From a virus, in the IMG/VR virus record IMGVR_UViG_3300023104_000005, positions 6,306 to 70,305 of that record: DNA of 64,000 nt. One strand, written 5' to 3'. Below, piece after piece: positions 1-11,692 of this stretch. Positions within the stretch are counted from its first letter, which is position 1. The number at the start of each line of letters is the position of its first letter. The notes under the pieces are model-generated. The model was not told the origin of the DNA. It saw only the letters and a list, made by a program, of their open reading frames with translations, and did no database searches. Position numbers and translations under genes: made by a program.

Positions 1-50
1 AATCGGTTCAGCTAATAAACCGATGCAAGTATAAGAAATTATTTGTGAAT

Positions 51-87
51 AAAAAAAAGCCACTCAATCGGGAGACTGAAATGGCTT
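51..87 (-). terminator. Intrinsic terminator
   Basis: Minus strand AGCCAtttcagtctcccgattgagTGGCT followed by a long T tract. Confidence 0.6.
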
Positions 88-111
88 GGTATTTTTGGGT
101 AATTCGCACCA

Positions 112-119
112 CAAAAGTA
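112..119 (-). promoter_or_regulatory. Bacteroidota -7 promoter element (TACTTTTG)
   Basis: Intergenic match to the TAnnTTTG consensus. Confidence 0.5.
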
Positions 120-142
120 GTAATAATTATGCCAAAGTGAAA

Positions 143-685
143 TTAATCTTTCAAAACTACTAGTCTCCCCTTCTTCACTAGTTGAAGTTTATCTCCTGAG
201 TACCAAAATAGTTTCCCATTTCTTTTAACCCAATATTTAGGGAATGATGTTTCTTGACAGGCACCTATTGGTTCAATCTCCACTAGTTTACCTGTTACGT
301 GCATCAATTTGTCTGTGATCCTTCCGTCTTCGTCCATTTTGTTAGAAACGAATCGTACTGTATCGCCTAATTCTATTGTTAGTTCCATTTGTTTAAGGTG
401 TTAGTTTTAAATAGAGAATTTCCTTAATTCTTCATAGTTATTGATAAACCCGTTTTCTTTGATGTATGATAGAATAAAAGGCAAACTATATACGTTAGCG
501 TCATTGTCGGCTAAAACAATCCCATCGGATGGTTGGTATTCTATATGAAAGAAATTAGGCTCATTTTCGTTGGGGCTTGAGAATTTAAAATATCGAAGTA
601 GTTCTTCTAAAACCATATCATATCTTATTTCTAGTGTTGTCCTAGCGTGATCAGCAAGTTCTATGCATTTTATTAATCGTTTCAT
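143..685 (-). CDS. Two small hypothetical proteins (143-388, 407-685)
   Basis: Packed, co-oriented ORFs with A-rich upstream regions. Confidence 0.7.
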
Positions 686-688
686 AAT

Positions 689-1127
689 TTAAAGAGTTAC
701 TTGAATGAATTTAATTACTGCTGATGCTATAGCTATTACCTCACATGCTACAAGAATCTTGAGCAGTGGATGATCTTTTGGGATGTTGGTTTGTGTTGTC
801 ATTTCTTTTCTCTTTTAATTTCAATGATAAGGTCGGACAATACACTTGATTGTGCTTGATATATCAGTGCCTGTCCATAGTTGCCAAATTTAGCAGATGT
901 TCCCTGCTTGTCATTTAGTATCCCAATTTTAATATCTAGGTGTGTGAGTATTTCTTCTGTTGTCATGGCTTTTGTTTAAATGATGATCTAATAAGTTCTA
1001 ATGCAAACCATAAGGTTACTACTGACAAAGGTATTAATACAACGTGGCTCTTAGCTTCTGCGTTGGGAGACCATTTCATGAAAATAACGGTTGCTATGAT
1101 AAACATTGATGCTAGCTGTAGTTTCAT
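689..1127 (-). CDS. Three ORFs under 60 aa (689-802, 799-966, 963-1127); two are hydrophobic
   Basis: Translated by hand; ATGA start/stop overlaps chain them. Confidence 0.65.
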
Positions 1128-1480
1128 GGTCTGTAGTTTTTACCTTGTTCCATTTTAAGGAATTGGTTTTGAATATTGTAGATAAATTCTTTAAGTTCTT
1201 TTACTTCGTCCTGTAGCTCAATCACAGCCTCTGTAGGGCTAAGAAAAGCAGGATGGTCAATAAGATCGGTCAACGGCACCTCAAGTACGTCAGCGATCAG
1301 TAAAACCATCGCCAGATCAAGCTTTCTATTTCCTAATTCTATAGCGCTCATTGTCCGGTAATCAATGTGTAATACCTCAGCAAGTTGCATCTGTGTGATT
1401 TTACCTTCTTTGCGTATGTTCTTGATCTTCTCACCAATAGTCTCTCTGATCTGTTGGTCTGTTTTTATGGGTTGTCTCAT
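1124..1480 (-). CDS. XRE-family HTH transcriptional regulator
   Basis: IGEKIKNIRKEGKITQMQLAEVL...MSAIELGNR is an HTH_3 pattern; C-terminal coiled coil. Confidence 0.85.
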   Translation of the reverse strand: MRQPIKTDQQIRETIGEKIKNIRKEGKITQMQLAEVLHIDYRTMSAIELGNRKLDLAMVLLIADVLEVPLTDLIDHPAFLSPTEAVIELQDEVKELKEFIYNIQNQFLKMEQGKNYRP

Positions 1481-1491
1481 TTGTTTTGTGT

Positions 1492-4045
1492 TTATATGTG
1501 CTTAATGCAAAATGGTTTAGGGTCAACATCTAAATCGGTATTGAGCCACTGTTCTGTTTTTGAATGGCATTTCTGAATCATGCCGTTTCTGAATCTGTAG
1601 ATTTCGTGCTTTGCGCTGTCTTTCATTTTCATGCTGTATCCCGCAAGCATTTCTCTTTCTGTGGCATCTTTGTATCCGGGTCTTTCTCCGTATGGTGTTG
1701 ACTTCTCCACGCTACGCTTGTAATGTTGATAGCATAGCCCTGCTTTGTATTCTTGTTTCTGGCATTGAACTTTGTTTCTTCTACCTAAGGGGCTATAACC
1801 TCCGTGATGCGACTGTAATATCATTTTGGTACACATGGTCGGTTAGATTAAGATATGCTCCACAACAGGCGTTGCAGTTCGTCAGAATGAATACCTAAGA
1901 AGTTAACAGAGATACCAGAGAGAGAAGCAAGTTCTTCAATGGCTTTAGAGTCTTTAACATTGGTAAATAGTATTGCCTGTAGGTCAGGTCTTTTCTCGAA
2001 CGCTCTGGTAAGAGATAGTTTTGTGTTTAGTTCCATTATTTGTGTTTTAGTTTTGTTAATCAATGTCTGCATAGGACATCCAAAAATTGTCTTGATTTAA
2101 ATTGCCATTATTGAATATGTTTATAAAATCATATAATCTAATAATGGTTATGTCGTCTGGATGATAATCATCTGGATCAACAAAGGCACACTTGACAGTA
2201 TCTCTGAGTTCGGCTATGCTCTCATAAGTCCCAATAGTTTCCACTAATTGTAGCGGATCAATTTTTCTTAAGTCCACCAATACGATGTAAGTTTCCATTT
2301 GTTTTAAAAATTAGGGTCGTTAGGATCAATTATCTGGTAATCGCACAGCACGTCTATTAAGACGATATAAGCGCATATAAGGCATATCCACATAGTTAGT
2401 TAGGTTTAAAGTGATAATAGCTATAAAAGACTAAAACGCAGGTTAAAACGGTAATCAGCCATATGACCCATACCATTGATTTGTCTTCGTCAGGTTGTTT
2501 AAGTTCCATATCTATGATTTAAGTGATTCAAGTGTGTAAATAAACCGTTGGTATAATTCCAACTTTGTTGTTTGCCGTTCTAGCATTATCGGATCATTAT
2601 ACATGTGTAGATAGTTTTTCATACTGGCAATGTATCTCTGATACTCTTTAATGATTTCGTCTATTTTATCATTCATGATGTTTAGGTTTAGCAGGGTGTA
2701 ACAATACCTCCATAGAGTTTCTAAGGGCTAAAGAGCCGGATAATATTTTAAGTTGAGGTGGTTTAGGTTGAGATAGGTAAATAGCATTCCATTTGTCCGC
2801 TATCTCTTTGAATGTTGGTTTCTTTCTTAATGCTGTCATGATTGAATTTCTAAAAGTCCCTTTTCATGGAACATGGTTACAAATGTTTGATTATCATATA
2901 TACATGCAATGAACTTAAATACTTTCTCTTTCCCGCTTATAGGGCTGATTATTGGTAATTCAAAAGGTTCAGATGTTATAGTTGAAATTACGCCCTTTGT
3001 ATTCCATGTTCCTGCTAACATAAGTTTAGGCCGTTCAGGATGTGTAAAATTTACTTCGTAGCTGTTGTCTATTGGAGTGTATAGTCTGCCTATTAATGAT
3101 TCTTCCATAATGGTCACTATCGGCAGTGCGATGTCTATTACTGTGTTCATGATCTTGCATTTAATTTATCACTTATCCATTTTGCGAATAAGGCAAAAAG
3201 AAATATAAATACTATAGGAGCAAAGAGCCATATAAATGTCTCTGTATAGTCCTGCTTTAGCTTAATGCGCTCTATTGTTTCTGTGAGTTTCATTTGTTTA
3301 GGGTTTAAGTGATCTTACTATATCGCTTACTCTTTTGTTAGATATTTCAGGCATCACACATGCTAAAAAACCTCTTAGCTTTAATTCTTTGTGATTATTG
3401 GAATTTGATGTGCCATTTATGAACCCAACAGTTTGACGAGTTAATGCCATTCTGTATTCAGGATCGTTCAATAGTCTTACTCTATCTTTCAGTTCCTTGT
3501 GACAATGATCACATAAATCAAAGCATTCATTTCTTTGTGTTTGTCCTTTTGCCCCACATTCGTTGCAATTAAAATCATATGTTTCCATTTTTATTTGTTA
3601 TTTATTTAAATTGACTACTACTGTAAATACCTTCCATTGATCGCACATCACCTTTAGATGAAATGTATCCGCTGAACTCTTTACCTGTTTTGATTTTAAA
3701 CCCAAAGATGTTTTTCTTTGTCATTTTGAAAAAACCAGTCATTGCTCCTGTCATTCTAGCACCTGTTGGAGAGTCTAACCATGTTGGAGCGCATTCACCT
3801 AAGAAGCCCGGAACCGTTGATAAATATGTTTTCATTTATTTTTCCTCCTCAAAGTATTCTAATTTACCAGTGGACATTTTTAGCTTCACATTAAAACTAC
3901 GTGTTTCGGTCTGTATATAGTCCCAACACGATAAAGGCCATATAGTCTCAAACTCTCCAGGTTCTTCGTTGTATCGTTCTTTAAATGCCTTGATTATGGC
4001 ACTTGTTACTTTATCTTTTTGCTTGGTTAAACGTTCTGTTGTCAT
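1492..4045 (-). CDS. Cluster of small early hypothetical genes (1492-1836, 1848-2072, 2056-2298, 2836-3150, 3298-3588 with CxxC pairs, 3602-3835, 3836-4045, plus several under 60 aa)
   Basis: Tightly packed, co-oriented ORFs; no function recognised. Confidence 0.65.
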
Positions 4046-4074
4046 TTGTTTTATGATTTAGTGAATGTTCTATT

Positions 4075-4133
4075 TAAATGTCCTCATACTTTCTAATCCC
4101 GGCTTGGAACGGGCAACGGCGTATTTACATTTA
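4075..4133 (-). ncRNA. Twister ribozyme, type P1
   Basis: UAAAUG UAA AUAC GC CGUUG CCCG UUCCAAGC CGGG AUUAGAAA GUAU GA GGA CAUUUA: P1, P2, P4, both pseudoknots (UCC/GGA, GC/GC) and the conserved UAA, AAGC and GA residues. Confidence 0.88.
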
Positions 4134-4410
4134 TTTTTACTGTTTCATTATTTCAGGCATGACAGATTGTTTCGCGTTCTCTCCATTTCTCTTAGAGATA
4201 CTGTCCATTACAGACGTTTTAACGGCAAACATTTTGATTCGGCTATGTTAATGCATACTTTATGCCTACACAGGAGTTTATAGCCCTCTGTAAGGCTTTA
4301 TTATATTGAATTGGTAGTCTACATCAGATTAAGGTTAAAGTCTCTTAAATCGTCTGTATTGATCCCTGAACAGTTGCAAGCTGTTTCTCCTATGCTAGCA
4401 GGGATTAGTA

Positions 4411-4677
4411 TTAAAGGCTCTCAATTATTCTTTCTGCTGAACCTTGTCCGTTATCACGATTGTATAACCATGTTTCCAGTTCATCGCCTGATAGATCAAT
4501 TTTCATAACCTTGCCATGTAGATAGTCAAAGTAAGTCTGACCGCTATCTAATAATTTTTGCGCCTCTGCTTCGCTCATTGCTCCCGGCTTTGCTTGAAAA
4601 ATACCCATGCCTTGAACTTTTGATCCGTTGTAAAGAGCGGCTAATACTTTTGCTTTTGATAATTTAGAAATGTTCAT
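4411..4677 (-). CDS. Conserved small phage protein of unknown function
   Basis: VLAALYN...YFDYLHGKVMKIDLSGDE...LYNRDNG pattern, which I recall recurring in viral proteins. Confidence 0.75.
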   Translation of the reverse strand: MNISKLSKAKVLAALYNGSKVQGMGIFQAKPGAMSEAEAQKLLDSGQTYFDYLHGKVMKIDLSGDELETWLYNRDNGQGSAERIIESL

Positions 4678-4703
4678 TTGTTTTAATTTTAAAGGTTTGT
4701 TGT

Positions 4704-4883
4704 TTAAATTTTAGTTAGGTTAAAGGGTTGTGCATCTAGATACCAATCAAACGTATATCCTAAAGGCAATATTAGGCTGTGTAAACGTCTCAGTTCCTCG
4801 TATTGGCATCCACATTCATTTCTTGTATGGAGTATGCTTAGAACCTCTGAGGGTATTAGTTCGGGTTTATCAAACAAGTCCAT
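4704..4883 (-). CDS. 59-aa hypothetical protein (MDLFDKPELIP...GYTFDWYLDAQPFNL)
   Basis: Translated by hand; fills the gap with a TAATG overlap. Confidence 0.7.
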   Translation of the reverse strand: MDLFDKPELIPSEVLSILHTRNECGCQYEELRRLHSLILPLGYTFDWYLDAQPFNLTKI

Positions 4884-5254
4884 TATTCAGCGTCCTCAGT
4901 TTCTTCAAAATCAAAGTCAAGCATATCAAAGTCGCTTTGATTCTCAATAGCATATTCTGCGATCACAGATACAAGTTCACAAATGTCACTACTGTCTAAA
5001 CTCGAATAGCTGTCAAGGTTTCCGTAACCATTAAACTGTACGTACTCATGACTAAAATTATAGTCGCCGAAATGTGCTGCTTTTACTGCTTCTATAGCCC
5101 TACCGTCAAAATAGGTTTCAAAGAACTCTTCATCATTCACATAGATTTCACTGTCTATGTTACAAGACTTGCAATAAGCATTGTTTAAGTCCATTAGTTC
5201 GTCACTTGACATATTTTCAATTTGTTCGATTACGTGTTGTGTTAAAGTTTCCAT
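4883..5254 (-). CDS. Highly acidic early protein, possible DNA mimic/antirestriction
   Basis: Very D/E-rich; FNGYGNL motif; located in the early region. Confidence 0.5.
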   Translation of the reverse strand: METLTQHVIEQIENMSSDELMDLNNAYCKSCNIDSEIYVNDEEFFETYFDGRAIEAVKAAHFGDYNFSHEYVQFNGYGNLDSYSSLDSSDICELVSVIAEYAIENQSDFDMLDFDFEETEDAE

Positions 5255-5311
5255 TTTAAAGGGGTTTTAAAGAGTTATAAGGGGTTATTGGTTAGTTGTT
5301 GATAGTTAGGG

Positions 5312-5620
5312 TTAGATTTCTTTTAATGCTCTCTTAACGGCTGTTTCAATATGTGTGTCGTTGCATCCATCAGGGTATAGTTCAAACGGTTCGTTTATGT
5401 CAACAAGTTTGCGCCAATCTGTAAAGTCTGTTATCTGATGACCACGTTTTAATATTCCGTTAGAGTTAACGTAAAACCAATTATGTGTTTGACCTTCGCT
5501 GAATTGTTGAAAAGCCATATAGTGTAAAGAACTTTCATCTATTAATTTTACTTCAAAATCCTCAGCGAAAATGTTTAATACACGTTTTAAAAGATCGAAT
5601 TGTTTAGCAGGATATTTCAT
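5312..5620 (-). CDS. Hypothetical protein
   Basis: ORF with a YPDGCNDTHIETA motif. Confidence 0.7.
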   Translation of the reverse strand: MKYPAKQFDLLKRVLNIFAEDFEVKLIDESSLHYMAFQQFSEGQTHNWFYVNSNGILKRGHQITDFTDWRKLVDINEPFELYPDGCNDTHIETAVKRALKEI

Positions 5621-5631
5621 AATATGTTAGT

Positions 5632-6102
5632 TTAAGATTTGAATAAATTACCGTCTGCTGTGAACTCATATTCATTAGCATTGATTGTTTCAATTATTGC
5701 TTCATCAGTCTGTAGGTAGTCCAACTCACTAAGAAGCATGTTAAGGTATTCAGCTAGGATAGCATCTTTGAATTGTTCCTCAACTTCCCAAAGGTCTTGA
5801 TCCTCTAATCCGGCTAGCATCTTACTGTACTTAGTTGCTATTTTAAAGCTATTACAGCCCTCACCATGACTTAACAGGATAGCACCTATACAATCATCCA
5901 CATTGGCAATATTTGCCCTTATATCCCTTGTATCGGTATCAAAAGATAATATCTCTATTCCTGACACCTTAGCGTGTTCGTCGATATGTTGCCACCAATC
6001 CCAATGATCAACGTTAATACCTGCTAGACTTGCAATAGCATTGTCTTTAGCCTCTTTGCTTAGTTCTTCAAACTTGAATACTTTAGTTCTTACTGTTCTC
6101 AT
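5632..6102 (-). CDS. Acidic early phage protein (FEELSKEAK...ANEYEFTADG family)
   Basis: Recurrent phage family pattern; ATG at 6102 is the likely start. Confidence 0.65.
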   Translation of the reverse strand: MRTVRTKVFKFEELSKEAKDNAIASLAGINVDHWDWWQHIDEHAKVSGIEILSFDTDTRDIRANIANVDDCIGAILLSHGEGCNSFKIATKYSKMLAGLEDQDLWEVEEQFKDAILAEYLNMLLSELDYLQTDEAIIETINANEYEFTADGNLFKS

Positions 6103-6163
6103 GATATACACGCCTGTTTAAGTCTGCGTCTGACTGTTTTAAGTGAATTGTTTAGTTTAACTC

Positions 6164-6763
6164 TTATCTGTGTGCTATTGCCGTACAGTACACTTCCTCG
6201 TTAGGGTCGTTAACCTTATAAGCCATAACCTTGACTATCTTTCCCGGCAAGTATTGAGTCATGAACCGTAGTTCAGTCTCTTTACATCCAAAGAATGTCA
6301 TTAACTCTTTTTTCCCTGCCTCAATAGCATTTTCTTGTGTTTGTTCGAGTATTGATATTGCTGATACATTCATAGCTGTATGTTTTACTTGTTCGTGATG
6401 TGATTAGATAATTCTACTGTTAAGGTATCAATGCACTGTGTTAATCTCTCTTTAATCACTGTAGCACTTGTAGAGTAGTTTAATACCGGACTTGATGCCG
6501 TAACCCTTTCCAATAACATTAAAGCTTTCTCCATTGACCTCAAAGCCAATCCTAGATTGTCATGGTCTTTCTTCTTAATTATAGTTGTCATCTGATTTAG
6601 ATTTAAAGATTGACTTACCAAATAAAACACATACAGCCGGAACAAAGAAGATAAACACAAACATTGCAAGCGACCAACTGATAATTAAGTAAATCATTAG
6701 TCCTAACATCAATGCCAATACTACCAGTAGTACAACGTCCTCATTAATTTTAAATGCTTTCAT
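6164..6763 (-). CDS. First early genes: 6164-6373, 6385-6591, and a 2-TM membrane protein (6575 to about 6760)
   Basis: ORFs downstream of the leftward promoter. Confidence 0.55.
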
Positions 6764-6830
6764 AACTTTAAGTTTAAAAACAAGTGCTTTAGATAACACA
6801 AGGTCAAATGCTTCATTGCTTTCGACACCA

Positions 6831-6838
6831 CAAATATA
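6831..6838 (-). promoter_or_regulatory. Leftward early promoter -7 element (TATATTTG)
   Basis: Consensus match at the head of the minus-strand block. Confidence 0.65.
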
Positions 6839-6844
6839 GTACAA

Positions 6845-7864
6845 TATTCATATAAACAAGAACTTTTGTAAATAAATATTCATGTTTTAGAGAATAACCC
6901 TTCTAATACCGTTTAAACAGTGATTCCATAAGCACATATTTATCACAAACACTAATATCAGACCTTTATAGACCTTAACTAGCCTTACCGATACTCTGAC
7001 ACCTACTAAGAATAATAACGTCTTATATCGTCTATAACAACTTATATACAGTCCTATCAATCAAATAATAACACTCGGTATTAAATACCAATAAGTATTT
7101 TTTATCTTAAACAACTATCCCTCAATCATATCAATCCGGCAAAAACAGGGATTTTAAGGATATTTTGGGTTTAAAGCGGAGGTATAATCCCTCTAATCAA
7201 TCCGTCTATAAACACCAAATAAGCACATTCGATTTAAGGCTATTTCAAGCCGTTCTAAGAGACTTTGACTATGATATGGCACTAGACCATTAATCAATAA
7301 GAGATCGTTGAAATCATACCTGACTATAGCTTAAACATGGTTTCTTATACAACATGAAAGAGAATCTATTTAGGAGACTAACCAATGTTATCTTATGACG
7401 GCGATACATAAGGTATGAGAGATTATCAAGCCTGACCAATAGCTTAGCTTCACTTTAACGATACAAGGCAACACAGGGCGCTAACACAAACAGAGATTGA
7501 TTTGGTTAATTAAGCCACCCCGGTAAATAGGATCGGTTCTTCTTTCGGGTAGGTAGGGGCTGAAACATGGGGGATTATAGTGCTCTCGTGGATGCACAGA
7601 AATTTTTTAGATTTTTTTTGATCCTGACTAACGGGTTGGTATTTATTATACGTCCTATATTATAGGTGAACTTTTAATTCGATAAAAAAGATGTGATTTA
7701 TTTGGTTTACGATATAAATGAGTGTGATTTAAAGCGAAATTGCCAAATCAGTGTATTGACATTTTGGGTAGATAAAATAGCCGTTATTGTCAACTGATTG
7801 ATTCAGGTAAAAAAGGGTATACAAATAAATAACGTCAATGTATTGACAATTTAATATTTATTGA
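6845..7864. other. About 1 kb divergent non-coding region (candidate genome end or origin)
   Basis: No long ORF; coding strand switches here; composition shifts near 7550. Confidence 0.5.
7747..7847. repeat. Three imperfect 14-bp palindromes (operator or iteron-like)
   Basis: ATCAGTGTATTGAC 7747, GTCAACTGATTGAT 7789, GTCAATGTATTGAC 7834. Confidence 0.65.
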
Positions 7865-7872
7865 TATCTTTG
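7865..7872 (+). promoter_or_regulatory. -7 promoter element (TATCTTTG), probably giving a leaderless mRNA
   Basis: Consensus match, 4 nt before ATG 7877. Confidence 0.65.
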
Positions 7873-7876
7873 ATGT

Positions 7877-8389
7877 ATGCAAAACAATAGGGGGCGACCT
7901 AAGATAAAACCAGAGATAGACGAGGACAAACTAGGTTTGAACCCGTTGGTAGAAGAAGCAGGGACAGACTTCGTGATACCAGTAAGAAAAACAATTAGAG
8001 ATGTGACCAATAAATTTGGTGATTTAGACCTTAGTGAATTTCAAAGAGAGGCGACACCGTTTACAAAAGTATTTGAGACGGCAGGATTTAGAGCAAGGAT
8101 GGTTGGATTACCGATACGTGCTAAAGAAATGATGTTGCATATCATCCATTCACTAGAATCTGGTCAGGAATATATTTGGATCAACAGGCAGTTGTACATG
8201 AGTGAGAATGGGATTAAGTCTGTGAACACGTATAAGAGCGCTATAGAGGCTTTGTCACTGAGACGGTACGTTTGCCCTCATATTAAGATTAAAGACCTCC
8301 TATGGATTAATCCTAAGCACTTCTTTAAAGGCGACCGGATAAGTAAGTATCCCAAGAATATTAAAATCATTGAAACAATTAAAAAATAA
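7877..8389 (+). CDS. RepL-like winged-helix DNA-binding protein
   Basis: SVNTYKSAIEAL...WINPKHFFKG pattern; N-terminal RGRPK. Confidence 0.55.
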   Translation: MQNNRGRPKIKPEIDEDKLGLNPLVEEAGTDFVIPVRKTIRDVTNKFGDLDLSEFQREATPFTKVFETAGFRARMVGLPIRAKEMMLHIIHSLESGQEYIWINRQLYMSENGIKSVNTYKSAIEALSLRRYVCPHIKIKDLLWINPKHFFKGDRISKYPKNIKIIETIKK

Positions 8390-11300
8390 CATGGAGACTA
8401 AAATTTACTTAATAGCATGCCATATCTGTGATGACGTTAACGGATATGATGAAGACAAAATCATTAGGGCATTTATGAATGAAGCGGATGCTAAGATTTA
8501 CTTAGAAAAGTTGGATGATCTGGTTTACCTGCTTCAAGAGCATAGAGACGGAGTAATGCGGAGACAGCAAGTAAAGCGTCCTATCTACAAAGGGATAGGC
8601 AATCTGGCTAAAGACATTTCATTAGTGAAAATAGAAACAGTAATACTAACAACCTAAACATGAAAACAACATTTACAACCAAAATTAAAGGATGCAGTCT
8701 TACTGCTAGACCTGTAAACAACTACCGAAGTACTAAAAGCGGTAAAAGAATCATGACTGGCGACCCTTGCTTTATGATGAACCTACAATTAGATATTAAA
8801 CATGCTGACGGAATGAGCGTTGGGAACATCTACGTGGACTTAGAGGGGACGCAGTTTGCCTATTTGACTTTTGGGACATTAACATCGGTTAAACAAATTC
8901 ATACAGCACAGGTAATCATAAAAACCGGAAGTGAGATCACACTTATACTTCTTGGAAGAACATTTAACGAAGCATCTAATAACCCAACCTAACATGAACC
9001 AAGAAACCTACATTAAAGCAAACAGACTGCAAGAGCGGATTGAATTGCTAAAGAAAGACCTAGAGATCGTTAAATCTTCATACGATGTGCAGATATTCAC
9101 CAGACCTCACTACGAGACAGAGGCTGTAGAAAGCGTGGTGTACACGAAATTCGACTACAGTAATCCATTTGATGACTCTAACAACTTGGAGTTTAATTAC
9201 CTATTATCGGTGGAAAAACGCATCCAAGACAACATAGAAAAGCTTACCCAAGAGTTTAACGAACTGTAATATGAAAATCATGAACGTATTTATGTCCTTA
9301 TTGGACGAAAGAGAATGGGGGTTTGATCTTCATTTTGAACCAAATCAAAAGATTGCCATGACTTTAGCATTTTGGTTTTTAGGCAGTGATTTTTTACATC
9401 ATGGATGTGTTCTGACCTATAATCTTGAATCAATAGATTTTGAAGAAGCAATTTTAAAGGCTGTGAATCTGATCAAAGAGGAATATCCATTGGAGAAAGT
9501 AGCTGAACTGAAAGCAGAACTAGATAAATTTTAGAACCCATGAACCTAACCACACCACTAGAGATCGGCATACTCTGGAATACACCGGAAGCCTCAGATT
9601 TATTAGACCTTGGGATTGAGTCTGAGGATGATTTCTTCAACCCCATGACCTTTTTCACTATCGACAATATAGGACACTATAGATTTAAACGCGGGAAGCA
9701 CGCTAACAAGCCCTACAGCGCAATAGTTTCCTCTGGCGAACTGTATGTAACAGAATTAACTTACGATGCCTTAAAAGGGCTAATTTCAAAGCATTTGTAG
9801 AATGGCATATCAGAAGCAATACAAATCAGACAGCAGGAGGTGCTACAGAAGTAGGATTGATCCCAAGGACGGAGAAAAGATATACGAGGTCATAAGCAAT
9901 AAAATCAAAGACAGACGATTTGCAAGACCAATCATTCTAACGGCAAAGCAAGCAACAGAGGAATTTTTAGCTATGTGGAGAGCAAACGGATGGACGGAAG
10001 GAGACGAGTGGTAGTGAAAGTAATCAAGATAGATATTCCCATTTACTACGGCTACCTGAGAATCATTATATGCAATGACTTTGTTAAAGCGGCTAAGAAG
10101 CTAAATATCTCAGATGAAGGAAGAAACTTATCTCTTTATGGAGCCTTTGTGTGTGTAAGCAGAGATAGAGACAGCATAGCAGAGTTCAACGTATTCTTTT
10201 ATTCTGACGTAGAATCAGACCTTATAGCGCACGAAGTAGTTCATTTGGTAAATGCCATCTTCATTGACAAGGGAATCGTTCTATGCCCTAGAAACGATGA
10301 AGCGCAAGCGTATTTGACCGGATGGGTAACAAAAGAAATTTATAAAGCACTTAAAAAGAAATAAAGATGAGAACAGCAGAAGAAACATTATACATACTTG
10401 AATACAGCGAGACAAGTAGGCTAGATTGGGAAGATATTACTCACGCAATGAAACGATACGCCAACTACAAGTTAGATGAAGCGGCTAAAAAAGCTACAAT
10501 CAAACAATCTGATGATTTCGGAATCTATTGGGTTGACAAGCAAAGTATACTATCACTTAAAGACAAGATATAATATGGAGACACCACAACAGATTTTAGA
10601 AAAACACTATGACAAAAATGGGATTTTCTATGAGTTTGAAAATAACTATGGCACTATTTCAGATGGAGTAGCATTGGTGCCTACGATAAAAGCAATGGAG
10701 GAATACGCTAGACAAGAGCAAACGCTTCTTGTTTTAAAGCTAAAACAGTTCCTATACGAGGAAATAATTAAAAGTAGACACAAGTCAGGATTTCAACTAA
10801 CCCTGCAAAAACTAAACGAGTTATACCCAACACCTGATTAATTATGAGCAAGCATATTTTAAACAAGAAACAAACGAAAGCGTGGCTAAGTCTACTTAAA
10901 GCGTTTGATAATGCTAAAAAATCAGGGTTGGTTTTGTATGGTAAATGCGGGAGTCTAGTGGCATACACAAAAGATGCAGAAAAATATGTCAACGACAATG
11001 GCGGCTTTAATAGATGTTTACGTGGTAGACATGGAGAAATACCACACGAATCCTCAGTTGTTCTTAATGACTCTAGCGCTGATGACTTTGTGGCATACAT
11101 ATCCGAATCTGACAGAAAAAAATATAATCCAGATAACTTTTAAACCTAACCAATATGAAAGCTAAACTACTCAAGAAGATGCGTAAGCGCTTTATCTTTT
11201 ACTACGACAGGCATGAATCGACTCCTAACCCTTGGAAGGTATATGACAAAGTTAAAAAGAAGCAGGTTTTTGGATGGGAAGGAGATTGGTTGATACCAAC

Positions 11301-11692
11301 ATACAATGAAAAGGCTCAATATTCAATGCTTTTAGTTCTTGGTTATGAACAAATATGGAGAAATCTACGCTACAGGAAAGAGGTTAGACAAAAAGAATGG
11401 ATAAGAAAACAAACTCAACTTAAATTTGAAAAATATGACCAATCTAGACAGAATTGACTACATCTCAAGGGGACTACAGGAGTTTCCGGGAAGCAAGCTA
11501 GTATTCATCTCCATACAGCCGGATGAACTGGTAAACCTCACTAAAGAACTACAGGAAGAATACTGTGACTGTAGCACTGCCTATGTGATTGTAAAGAACC
11601 AATCATGGGAGTATGAACTAAAGATATTCAACATCTGCTTTATCCTGACAATCATTGGATCGGCACCTCAAATTAAACTACATGAAGCGTAA
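8389..11692 (+). CDS. Run of small hypothetical genes; 9975-10364 has an HExxH motif (AHEVVH)
   Basis: About 12 tightly packed plus-strand ORFs. Confidence 0.65.

Noticed and set aside
4155-4270. Second (hammerhead) ribozyme upstream of the twister
   Set aside because: Short helices and a GAAA are present, but there is no CUGANGA core in the right position.
4065-4508. Plus-strand ORFs 4065-4283 and 4311-4508
   Set aside because: Antisense to the early operon and ribozyme; not protein-like.
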